From: Fidelibacterota bacterium
GTDB taxonomy: Bacteria; Fidelibacterota; Marinisomatia; Marinisomatales; UBA2128
DNA length: 32,574 nt
Direction of reading: 5' to 3'
Assembly (NCBI GenBank): GCA_046861645.1
Contig: JBHHUM010000023.1
Coordinates: 1-32,574, forward strand
This document shows positions 16,635 to 25,327 of the stretch, in pieces (the first letter of the stretch is position 1; every line of letters begins with the position of its first letter). The position numbers and the translations under genes are program-made. The notes beneath the pieces are model-generated. The model ran no database searches. It saw nothing but the letters and a program-made list of their open reading frames with translations, and was not told where the DNA came from.

Positions 16635-17783
16635 ATGATTAAGAAAGGAGAGATCACAAAATGTTTGCTATTAGTGTTATTTCTAGGAAGTTGTGATCCG
16701 ATTGTTACTACTTTCTCAGGTGGTGGGGAAGTGGTGCTGTATGAGGCGGCTGATTTAGTTGAAACTGGGTTACTGCCGCCTGAAGGTCTAACTGAGGTTG
16801 TAGTCATGACTTGGAACATTCGCTTTGGAGCAGGGCGACTGCCCTGGTTTGGTGATGGCTGTGGTGACCGAGTAATTCTATCCGACTATGAAATTGAAAC
16901 AGGGCTTCACGGAATAGCTCAAAAAATTAATTCTGTCAATCCTGACATATTACTCTTACAGGAAGTGGATGTTCTTTCCAAACGTACTGGTTACCTAGAT
17001 GAAGTACAATGGTTATTGGATAATACTTCCTTGAATTTTGGTGTTTATGCTTCTGCCTGGCAAGCACAATTCATCCCCAGTGATGGGCTGGGCAGGATGG
17101 ATATGGGTAATGCCATCCTCTCTAAGTGGCCTGTTGTGGAAGCTGAGAGGATACCTTTAGCCCTACGTGGTGACCAGGATGCTCTCACCCAATATTTCTA
17201 CTTGCGACGCAATATTCTTAAGGCAGAGATTAACGGCCCATTTTCTATCTCAGACAACCTCTGGGCTGTTAATATTCATGCAACAGCTTTTTCTACTGAC
17301 GATACAAAGAAGGAACACCTTGAGAAATTTAAGGATGTTCTGGATGAGTTAGATGAAAATGGTAATTTTTTCGTTGCTGGTGGCGATTTAAATGAAGTCC
17401 CACCAGGCGCAATAAAGCTGGATTACTGCCTGGAAGATGCTTGTACGGGAGAGGTATTTCATACAGATGCCGATGGGGGACCACACTTAGAGGGAAGCTA
17501 TTTTCAGTACTTCGAGGATGAAAACCAATGGTTGCAACCTTTTGATGAAGAATACTTACCGGCAGTGTCGCGTGAGGTGTATCTTGCTGAGGAATCACCA
17601 TATTTCACCCATTCAGCAGAAGTCGATTCTACTGACGAAAACTATGACTGGAATCGCAAGCTGGACTACTTGTGGACTAACGTTCAGTGGATCACTGGGT
17701 CAGACTCAACCCACCAAGATGGTAAAAAACTTTCAGACCACGCTGCGGTGAGCTGTCGACTCAATCTGGGGGTTAATCCATGA
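16635..17783 (+). CDS. Endonuclease/exonuclease/phosphatase (EEP) family lipoprotein
   Basis: Lipobox LGSC; MTWNI, LLQEVD, GNAILSKWP, GGDLN, LDYLW, SDH. Confidence 0.92.
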   Translation: MIKKGEITKCLLLVLFLGSCDPIVTTFSGGGEVVLYEAADLVETGLLPPEGLTEVVVMTWNIRFGAGRLPWFGDGCGDRVILSDYEIETGLHGIAQKINSVNPDILLLQEVDVLSKRTGYLDEVQWLLDNTSLNFGVYASAWQAQFIPSDGLGRMDMGNAILSKWPVVEAERIPLALRGDQDALTQYFYLRRNILKAEINGPFSISDNLWAVNIHATAFSTDDTKKEHLEKFKDVLDELDENGNFFVAGGDLNEVPPGAIKLDYCLEDACTGEVFHTDADGGPHLEGSYFQYFEDENQWLQPFDEEYLPAVSREVYLAEESPYFTHSAEVDSTDENYDWNRKLDYLWTNVQWITGSDSTHQDGKKLSDHAAVSCRLNLGVNP

Positions 17784-18547
17784 AATCGGTCAGAGATGTA
17801 ATAGCTGTTTTGTTACTGGTATCATTGGTACAAGCTGGTAATGAGATCTGGTCAGAAGGTACAGCCCGGACTCTTCCAGCAGGACGGAGAGAGGTAGGGA
17901 TATTCAGTCCCTGGCGTTATGGCAAGAATGATAGAATGGAAATAGCTACACATCGTATCGCCAATATTCTTATACCAAATGTCCGATTCAAATTGAGCTG
18001 GCCGCGGTCGGATGGCTGGTTTCTGGCGAGCCGGCACAGTTTTGTCTATCCTACCCCCTTGTTACGGGTAATCTCCCGGGAAGGCACGGGTGGGATAATT
18101 TCTCCGGAGTTTAATGTTCCATGGATACTGGTTACACGACAAGAAGTGTTAGTTACAAGAGAATTCGAACGACGGAGTCTTTTCACTGCAAAAGCTGGCT
18201 TAGCCCTGGCTTTGCTTGGAGGTAAGTTGGATAGTCGTACCAGCATTGATCTACCAGTGATCTTTCCCAGAATGGTAGTCTATTACAATAGTTGGGGCAT
18301 CAATTTAGGGGTGGACATCTCACGACCTATTAATCAGAAGCTATACTATCTGATTGACTTTGATTTACATATTTCCCCGGGAGCCGAAGAAAGTGTCGCA
18401 CTGGAACACAAGGGCTTACTCCTCTGGCGGAAACACGATCTTTTCTCTATCATGGTGGGGTACAAGCTAACCTATGGCGAGTATCCCTTTGGCACACAGG
18501 CTCATCTTTTTCCTGTGTTAGATCTGGTCTGGGCCAAGCAGCACTGA
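17780..18547 (+). CDS. Hypothetical secreted, probably outer-membrane beta-barrel protein
   Basis: Signal peptide, TARTLP motif, amphipathic aromatic strands; ATGA overlap with the EEP gene. Confidence 0.65.
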   Translation: MKSVRDVIAVLLLVSLVQAGNEIWSEGTARTLPAGRREVGIFSPWRYGKNDRMEIATHRIANILIPNVRFKLSWPRSDGWFLASRHSFVYPTPLLRVISREGTGGIISPEFNVPWILVTRQEVLVTREFERRSLFTAKAGLALALLGGKLDSRTSIDLPVIFPRMVVYYNSWGINLGVDISRPINQKLYYLIDFDLHISPGAEESVALEHKGLLLWRKHDLFSIMVGYKLTYGEYPFGTQAHLFPVLDLVWAKQH

Positions 18548-18743
18548 AATAAATTCTCTCAATCCCCTGATAAATAGACCCTTGTGTTATATTCTTGATT
18601 GACCGATGAGAAGTACTGAGTCAGTCAGCGAGAGAAAGTGGGAAAGTTACCTCAGAGGATGAGCTTACCACCGTATCATTCTAATTACCAGACAACGAAG
18701 GTGACGGGGGTGTTGGATAGACAATTATCATACAGGAAGAGAT

Positions 18744-19547
18744 CTATCTTGAATAAAATGTTAAGGGCAGGATATGCTTTTTCTTTTTGCCCTTCTTTTT
18801 CTTATAAGTACCCCATTTATATTTTTCAGTTTTGATAGCCGTAAGCTCTAATTCACCCTCTCGAGATAATTTGAGGATACCATATTTGGGGATAGAATTA
18901 AAGTGCTCAACGAATACCTGAGCTCGTTTGCCTTTATTTGGTTTTTTACCGGAAAAATGAGCCTCTGTAACTTGTAATGTATCGTTCCACGACTTTTCCA
19001 CCGGACCAAAATAGGAAAAGCTAAGGTATACCTTATCATACTCCTGATCTGTTCCAGTGATAGTGGCAACAATGTTTTCAGTGGTGAATTCATAGTTAAG
19101 GACATTGGCCAATAAACGGGAATACATTACTTTTTCCTGAACAGGTAGTTCGCTATTCAACTTTTCTTGGATTGTGGGGAAGTAATCCATAGCATTTAAT
19201 AGGACTTCTTCAGCAGACAGTTTTGATTTTATCTCGATAGTAGGTCCTTTTTTCATTTTAGCCTTGCCACTCAATACTTCTCCCTTGATACTTAAACCTG
19301 ATTTCCACAATGATACTGTAGTACTTCCAACAGAAAGATTCTTCTTATTTTTTGATAAGTCAATAGCGATAGATACGGATTTTCCCGGATTGGTAGTGCC
19401 TATTTCGTAACCATTCCAGAGGATAGCTTGCGGAGGTAATCCTTTAGGGAAATCAGGAGTGGTTTTTACTTTAATTGTCGTTTCCTGTGCAGACAGTGGA
19501 TTAAAAGAAACGATAGAAATGAATAACATCCAACACAACGAATTCAT
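18744..19547 (-). CDS. Hypothetical secreted Lys-rich protein, N-terminus weakly PEGA-like
   Basis: SD AGAGGGG before ATG 19547; signal peptide ending PLSA; IKVKTTP...WNGYEIGTT; basic tail KKKKGKKKKH. Confidence 0.65.
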   Translation of the reverse strand: MNSLCWMLFISIVSFNPLSAQETTIKVKTTPDFPKGLPPQAILWNGYEIGTTNPGKSVSIAIDLSKNKKNLSVGSTTVSLWKSGLSIKGEVLSGKAKMKKGPTIEIKSKLSAEEVLLNAMDYFPTIQEKLNSELPVQEKVMYSRLLANVLNYEFTTENIVATITGTDQEYDKVYLSFSYFGPVEKSWNDTLQVTEAHFSGKKPNKGKRAQVFVEHFNSIPKYGILKLSREGELELTAIKTEKYKWGTYKKKKGKKKKHILPLTFYSR

Positions 19548-19831
19548 ATGAACCCCTCTTTTAAGTATAAATAGAATGGATGATGTTTTTATGCCCGATA
19601 CTTTGGTCTCTATTACCTGATCGGTAGGCAATTTAATTGTCGATTAATTTTATAGCAAGGACTCCTCGATATTCTTTCTCTACTCCTTTCAATATAATTA
19701 TGTTATCCAATTAAACTATTGAGGAAAACAGTTTTTGTTAAGGGAAGTATTCAGTAAAACACAAAATAGGTAGGATATTATGGATTAATAGATTTATCTC
19801 ACGATCCCTGCAAATATAAAAATTAGATAGA

Positions 19832-20254
19832 CTATTCATGTTTACTATCTCTGGAAGCAGTACTGGTTATCTTTTCTTGAGTAAAACGAAAATAGTCCTT
19901 ATCATGATTCAAAATGTGATCGGTTACCCAATTGTAAATGAATTCTTTAAAATTGTATTCGAAGTTTTCATTTTCAAAGGAGCGGATATTCATTTTATGT
20001 AGCTCGGTAATTAATTTCTTGTGGTGCTCTTTGTGTTCGGTAAGCTTCGGATAGCCTATTTTCGCCATCATATTTTCTTCATCCTCAAAGTGCTCTCGAA
20101 TATGCTTGTATAAACGTCTGATTATTCCACTATTATCCTCATCTTTCCTATCTTCAGAGAGTGAATTGGCTAATTCAATCATACTTTTATGTTGTGCATC
20201 TATATCAGGATTACCGACAGAGTATTTTTCATCCCACATAAATTCTTTATTCAT
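19832..20254 (-). CDS. Bacteriohemerythrin (single domain)
   Basis: W...YSVG...IDAQH, HFEDEE, HKEHH, W..DHILNHD di-iron ligands. Confidence 0.93.
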   Translation of the reverse strand: MNKEFMWDEKYSVGNPDIDAQHKSMIELANSLSEDRKDEDNSGIIRRLYKHIREHFEDEENMMAKIGYPKLTEHKEHHKKLITELHKMNIRSFENENFEYNFKEFIYNWVTDHILNHDKDYFRFTQEKITSTASRDSKHE

Positions 20255-20479
20255 TATGGCATCCTTTGGAGTTGCTTACTTCCATATAATAATACAGGAC
20301 TTAATTATCAACTAATCTCATTATACACAACTATCTTTTGAAAATCAATACAAAGGTATTCATTTCGACAAAATTTCCTGGTTGGTTATCGTAACTGAGG
20401 TAACCCTCGGTAATTTCTCTGAAATACTCTATTTGTGGTTAATGAATCATATAATTTCAAAGGGGATAAGAAGTGACTT

Positions 20480-20508
20480 TAAATAATAATAGGAATTATT
20501 ATTATTTA
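20480..20508. promoter_or_regulatory. Fur/PerR-type operator palindrome
   Basis: TAAATAATAATA-ggaat-TATTATTATTTA, perfect 12-bp arms, directly abutting TTGCTT-17-TATTTT upstream of the Fur-family gene. Confidence 0.65.
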
Positions 20509-20565
20509 TTGCTTATCTCCTACCTTTATAGTATTTTCACTATAATTGAATCAAGATAATAGAGG

Positions 20566-20934
20566 ATGAAGCGCTACAGCAAACAGCGGGAACTGGTCTT
20601 GGAGATTGTATTGGGCACCAATTCCCACCCCACGGCAGATTGGATATTTCAGCAGGCTAAAATGCAGATGAGAGATATCAGTTTAGGAACTGTTTACCGG
20701 AATCTGAACCAGTTAGTTGAGAACAGTCTCATTTTAGCTCATAATATAAATGGTGTAGTTCATTATGATGGTTTTATTGAGGACCATCAACACTTCTATT
20801 GCACCAGCTGTAAAAAATTGTATGACGTTTCATTACCTGTCAGGGAAATTATGTCTGTGATTGAGGAAGGTATCGTACATACCGTAAAGCGGTATGAAGT
20901 TCGTTTAGAAGGAACGTGTAGTTCATGTCAGTAA
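20566..20934 (+). CDS. perR: Fur family transcriptional repressor, PerR-like
   Basis: HPTA, SLGTVYRNL, YD, HQH, CTSC, LYD (Asp as in PerR), CSSC; upstream of ahpC. Confidence 0.82.
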   Translation: MKRYSKQRELVLEIVLGTNSHPTADWIFQQAKMQMRDISLGTVYRNLNQLVENSLILAHNINGVVHYDGFIEDHQHFYCTSCKKLYDVSLPVREIMSVIEEGIVHTVKRYEVRLEGTCSSCQ

Positions 20935-20959
20935 CTGAATAAAAAGGAGAGTGTAAACA

Positions 20960-21604
20960 ATGATTGTAACCAAAACAGCTCCGGAGTTTTCTGCGGAGGC
21001 GATTATGCCGGATAACAGCTTCAAGGAAATTAGTCTGGCAGACTATAAAGGTAAGAAGGTAGTCTTATTCTTCTATCCTTTGGATTTTACGTTTGTCTGT
21101 CCAACTGAAATCATCGCATTTGATCACCGCCTGGAGGAGTTTGAGAAGCGTAATGTACAGGTTATTGGATGTTCAGTCGATTCCAAATGGACTCACCACG
21201 CTTGGAAAAATACAGAAGTAAATAAGGGTGGTATCGGCAATGTTAGGTATCCTCTGATTGCGGATATAGATAAATCCGTAGCCCGTGCTTTTGACGTTCT
21301 GAAGGATGCTGAGCCAGCCACTGTCATGACGGACGAAGAAACATTCGACACTTCTATCAGGGGAGATGTTGCCCTGCGTGGATCATTCCTTATTGATGAA
21401 GAAGGTATTGTCCGCCACGCCGTCATAAACGATCTTCCTCTGGGGAGGAACATAGACGAGATGCTCCGTATGGTAGATGCCCTGACGTTTCATCAGGAAC
21501 ATGGTGAAGTCTGTCCAGCTGGATGGCAGGAAGGCAAGGAAGCCATGGGAGAAAATCCGGAGGGAGTTTCCAGCTACCTCGGCTCACACGCTGACGAGTT
21601 ATAA
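20960..21604 (+). CDS. ahpC: 2-Cys peroxiredoxin (AhpC/Prx1)
   Basis: YPLDFTFVCPTE, GGIG, GRNIDE, EVCPAGW. Confidence 0.95.
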   Translation: MIVTKTAPEFSAEAIMPDNSFKEISLADYKGKKVVLFFYPLDFTFVCPTEIIAFDHRLEEFEKRNVQVIGCSVDSKWTHHAWKNTEVNKGGIGNVRYPLIADIDKSVARAFDVLKDAEPATVMTDEETFDTSIRGDVALRGSFLIDEEGIVRHAVINDLPLGRNIDEMLRMVDALTFHQEHGEVCPAGWQEGKEAMGENPEGVSSYLGSHADEL

Positions 21605-21637
21605 TAAACCAGTCAGTAAATATGTGTGATACATCTT

Positions 21638-21664
21638 AGAGGGGCAATATTGCCCCTCTTTTCT
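21638..21664 (+). terminator. Intrinsic terminator after ahpC
   Basis: AGAGGGGCAATATTGCCCCTCT followed by TTTCT. Confidence 0.8.
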
Positions 21665-21713
21665 GTTCTTGCCATTAAGCACTCAGAGTAGTAGTATTCC
21701 CTTAGGAGTAAAG

Positions 21714-22109
21714 ATGATCACACTCAATATCAAGACTCGTCAACGAATAGATTTCGTGGACATCACTACCCGTGTCCGGGATGCTGTAGCGGCGAACGAA
21801 GTACTGGATGGAATTGTTGTAATTTACGTTCCCCATACCACCTGTGGCGTTACGATCAATGAGAGCGCTGATCCTGATGTAGCTGTTGATATTAAAAGTC
21901 AACTGGCCAAGCTGATACCTCACAATGCTGGCTATGCACACTTAGAAGGGAATGCCGATAGCCATATTAAAACAAGTCTCGTAGGATCATCGGAACAGGT
22001 ATTTATTGAGAATGGAAAACTTATTCTGGGTACATGGCAGGGAATATTCTTATGTGATTTTGATGGACCCCGAACAAGAAAAGTGTTTCTTAAGATTCTC
22101 TCTGACTAA
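21714..22109 (+). CDS. yjbQ: YjbQ/UPF0047 family protein
   Basis: [43 protein letters not shown] before ATG 21714. Confidence 0.93.
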   Translation: MITLNIKTRQRIDFVDITTRVRDAVAANEVLDGIVVIYVPHTTCGVTINESADPDVAVDIKSQLAKLIPHNAGYAHLEGNADSHIKTSLVGSSEQVFIENGKLILGTWQGIFLCDFDGPRTRKVFLKILSD

Positions 22110-22113
22110 ACCA

Positions 22114-22779
22114 TTGCACCCTTATATTATACCTTTACAAAATCTTTTTTCCCTCCACACCCACCCAGAGAATTCCATTCCCATGAAACAATACATGAAA
22201 GACCAGTTCGAGTTTTTTGGTATTAAGTCTGTTGAAAGAAGGGAGCTGACGAGGAAATTCCTGGCGTCTTATGGTCTACCGGGTGAGAAAGACTATGATT
22301 CGATCATCCGGGAATTTTGGACCTTTCCTCAGCGAGAGTTTCAATATGCTGCTCTTGATATCCTGGAGAGGTTAGTGAGGAAAATACCAGCCAGTGTTGA
22401 ATTACTTGAGGATCTAATTATTACGAAATCATGGTGGGATACTGTGGACTGGTTGGCAACAAAAATTGTAGGCTTTCGTTTCAGTCAAAACCCTGAGCTG
22501 ATAACTCCTGCTTATACTCGCTGGATGTTATCCGATAACATTTGGTTACAGCGAGTCTGCATCTTGTTCCAGTTAAAGTACAAACAGAATACAGATAAGA
22601 AACTACTTTTTTCCACGATACAGAAGCTTTCCGGATCAAAGGAATTTTTCATTCGCAAGGCTATCGGTTGGGCTCTGAGGGAATATTCTAAATCTAATCC
22701 GGAAGGAGTACGAAAATTTGTGGATAATAATGATTTAGCCCCACTCAGCAGAAAAGAAGCTCTTCGATTACTTCATTGA
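22114..22779 (+). CDS. alkD: DNA alkylation repair glycosylase, AlkD family
   Basis: MKQYMKDQFEFFGI, REFQY, KSWWDTVD, EFFIRKAIGWALREYSK; TTG 22114 gives an MHPY N-terminus like Bacillus AlkD. Confidence 0.9.
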   Translation: MHPYIIPLQNLFSLHTHPENSIPMKQYMKDQFEFFGIKSVERRELTRKFLASYGLPGEKDYDSIIREFWTFPQREFQYAALDILERLVRKIPASVELLEDLIITKSWWDTVDWLATKIVGFRFSQNPELITPAYTRWMLSDNIWLQRVCILFQLKYKQNTDKKLLFSTIQKLSGSKEFFIRKAIGWALREYSKSNPEGVRKFVDNNDLAPLSRKEALRLLH

Positions 22780-22780
22780 G

Positions 22781-23557
22781 CTAATCATCTTTCGTTTTGA
22801 TTGTTTCCCAAATCTCGTCCATCTCTTCCAGCGATGCTTCATCAACAGAACTACCGCGCTGCTGAAGCTTTTTTTCTACCAACCGGAATCTGTAAATAAA
22901 TTTTTCATTTGTATTCCGGAGGGCGTCCTCAGCAGGGATTTCCAAAAAGCGACAAAGATTTACCAGGGCAAAAAAGAGATCACCTATCTCCTCAGTGATA
23001 TGCTTTTTGTTACCACTGGTGTGAGCTTCCTTCAGTTCATCGATCTCTTCGTGTATCTTGTTCCAAACGGGCTCTATTTCTTCCCAGTCGAAGCCAACGT
23101 AGGCCGCTTTTTGCTGAAGTCGTTGAGCACGGATGAGAGCGGGAAGCGTTTTGGGTACTCCATCTAATCGAGATTCACGTCCTTTTTCTTTCTGCTTAGC
23201 GGCTTCCCAATTCTGTTTAGCATGGAAAGCGCTATTAGCATGTTTATCTCCAAAGACATGTGGGTGGCGGCGAATCAGTTTCTCATTGATTCCTTTAAGG
23301 ACATCCTCTAAGGTAAATTCATTATTCTCTTCTCCAATTTTAGCTTGAAAAACGGCGTGGAGAAGTATGTCACCCAATTCTTCAGATAGAGTTTTCCAAT
23401 CCTCCTGATCTACAGTTTCGATAACTTCATAAGCCTCCTCCAGAAAAAATGGTAACAGGGAGGCATGAGTTTGTTCTTTATCCCATGGACAGCCATCCGG
23501 TCCGCGGAGTCTGGAAACGATTTTTACTAATTCATTAAACTGTTCACCATGACCCAT
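22781..23557 (-). CDS. mazG: Nucleoside triphosphate pyrophosphohydrolase MazG
   Basis: LRGPDGCPWDKEQT, EEAYE, EELGD, RRHPHVF, GFDW, EEIGD. Confidence 0.96.
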   Translation of the reverse strand: MGHGEQFNELVKIVSRLRGPDGCPWDKEQTHASLLPFFLEEAYEVIETVDQEDWKTLSEELGDILLHAVFQAKIGEENNEFTLEDVLKGINEKLIRRHPHVFGDKHANSAFHAKQNWEAAKQKEKGRESRLDGVPKTLPALIRAQRLQQKAAYVGFDWEEIEPVWNKIHEEIDELKEAHTSGNKKHITEEIGDLFFALVNLCRFLEIPAEDALRNTNEKFIYRFRLVEKKLQQRGSSVDEASLEEMDEIWETIKTKDD

Positions 23558-23558
23558 A

Positions 23559-24812
23559 TCAATACTCCATTTTGGTTATGATTACTTTGAGAATCCTGTT
23601 TTCAGCAAGTGACCCCACTTTAAAGCTGAATCCTCCATATTCCGTTCTATCTCCTATCTGGGGGATATCTCCAAATTGTTCAAATAGAAACCCTCCTAAC
23701 GTATCATATTCTCTCTCGTCAGGGAATTTAATAGGGATGATTTCAATGAGATCGTTGATGGTTGTCTTAGCGTCAATCAACCACTTTCCTCTACCCAAAG
23801 GATGTAGAAGTTGGTCTTCCTTGTCGAATTCATCTTGTATCTCACCAACAACTTCCTCGACGATGTCCTCTACAGTTACCAGGCCGGCTGTGCCCCCATA
23901 TTCGTCAACTACAATTGCTATATTCTCTCTTCGTTCCTGAAAATCTTTTAGTAAGTCGTCTATCTGTTTTGTTTCCGGAACAAAAAAGGGTTGTCTAATG
24001 AGCGATGTAACTTTTATCTCATTAATGTCTTCCCGGTTTATATAGGGTAATACATCTTTTGCATAGAGGATTCCTCGAATCCTGTCAATATTGTCTTCGT
24101 AAATGGGGAATTTAGAGAGGCGATTCTCCCGGATAACAGAGATGGCATTCTTCAAGGAGGTATTCTGTTCAATGCTAACGATATCAATGCGTGGAACCAT
24201 TATTTCACGTACCGCGGTTTCGTCTAGATCAAAGACGGACTTGATCATACGTCTTTCTTCCTCCCTCAGGGTTCCACGATCCGCACCCAAATCAGCAAGG
24301 GTTTTTAATTCCTCTTCAGAATCAAACAGTTCTTCCTCTTTATGAGGAATCCAGCTCGTGATAAGTCGTGTGAAATTGTAAAGCAAAGCAGCTAACGGGA
24401 AGAGAAAAGTGCTGACTATCCTTATGGGAAGGGCTACCTTTCCTGCAAATACTGCTGAGTTACGGATGGCAAGAATCTTGGGTGTTATCTCACTAACTAA
24501 GAGGATGACTATACTCAGAATGATTGTTTCAATAATAAGAAAGAGAGGGATACTGACGCCAGTATTCCCAGCGATATCTGCAGTGATGATGGCTGCAAAA
24601 AATGCCAAAATAGTGTTTACAATGGTGTTCCCAGTTAAAATTGTGATGAGCAATCGACGGGGATTTGAGAGAAGATTCCAAACCTGTGAGCTGATAAGTT
24701 GTTGTTTCTTTTTCGACTTCTTAAGTGAAAAAAATGCAGCCTCTGCTCCGGAGAAAAAAGCCGAAAGGGCTAACAAAACAATAAACAATATTACTTCCAG
24801 TGCAATCTTCAC
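23559..24812 (-). CDS. HlyC/CorC (CNNM + CBS pair + CorC) family membrane protein
   Basis: SAFFSGAEAAFFSL, SEITPK, VREIMVPR, VVDEYGGTAGLVTVEDIVEEVVGEI, YDTLGG. Confidence 0.93.
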   Translation of the reverse strand: MKIALEVILFIVLLALSAFFSGAEAAFFSLKKSKKKQQLISSQVWNLLSNPRRLLITILTGNTIVNTILAFFAAIITADIAGNTGVSIPLFLIIETIILSIVILLVSEITPKILAIRNSAVFAGKVALPIRIVSTFLFPLAALLYNFTRLITSWIPHKEEELFDSEEELKTLADLGADRGTLREEERRMIKSVFDLDETAVREIMVPRIDIVSIEQNTSLKNAISVIRENRLSKFPIYEDNIDRIRGILYAKDVLPYINREDINEIKVTSLIRQPFFVPETKQIDDLLKDFQERRENIAIVVDEYGGTAGLVTVEDIVEEVVGEIQDEFDKEDQLLHPLGRGKWLIDAKTTINDLIEIIPIKFPDEREYDTLGGFLFEQFGDIPQIGDRTEYGGFSFKVGSLAENRILKVIITKMEY

Positions 24813-24880
24813 CGATCACCACTCATTTATCCATTATGGTGGCTAGCCGGTAGAGTTGATAACCACTCACCAGCTATCAT

Positions 24881-25327
24881 TTACCACTCACCAGTTATTA
24901 GTCTGGTCTCATCAAAATCGGCAAGAAACCGATTTTCCTCTTCTCTCATAGTTTTTTTCTGCTGAGTGTTATCGTCCTTCCAGCCCAGAAGATGAAGAGT
25001 ACCATGTATTATCAGTCTACTCATCTCGTTAGCGAAAGTCACGCCATAGCTGAGGGCATTTTCGGCAGACCTTTCTGGACTGATATAGATTTCCCCTTCC
25101 AAATGATTCTTGTCATCGTTGAGGATAAAGGCAATTACATCCGTATAGACATCCTCTGCGAAGTACTCCCTTTTAAGTTTATTGAGCAGTTCGTCCGATC
25201 CAAAAACAATATTGATATCGGCTTCCCTAATATGATAATCGGAAAGAATGGTGTTGATCAGATGTTTAACAGTGGCAGAATTTATTTCTGGAGCATCGTC
25301 CTCTTGGGCAATAGTGATAGTAATCAT
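24881..25327 (-). CDS. ybeY: rRNA maturation endoribonuclease YbeY
   Basis: TDVIAF, GEIYIS, IHGTLHLLG. Confidence 0.92.
   Translation of the reverse strand: MITITIAQEDDAPEINSATVKHLINTILSDYHIREADINIVFGSDELLNKLKREYFAEDVYTDVIAFILNDDKNHLEGEIYISPERSAENALSYGVTFANEMSRLIIHGTLHLLGWKDDNTQQKKTMREEENRFLADFDETRLITGEW

Noticed and set aside
18603..18640. Hammerhead-like CCGATGAG...GAAA or C/D-box K-turn
   Set aside because: Core is not CUGANGA, the required stems are missing, and the bulge is 1 nt rather than 3
18703..18725. GGGGGTGTTGGATAGAC resembling a tmRNA 5' end
   Set aside because: Lacks GATTCGAC, and no matching T-arm/CCA 3' end follows
22006..22113. N-terminal extension of alkD in the ORF track
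   Set aside because: Overlaps yjbQ by about 100 nt; family resemblance begins at TTG 22114
22781..23557. MazG as an anti-phage partner of the Pycsar-like effector
   Set aside because: Ordinary two-domain housekeeping MazG in a core operon 9 kb away
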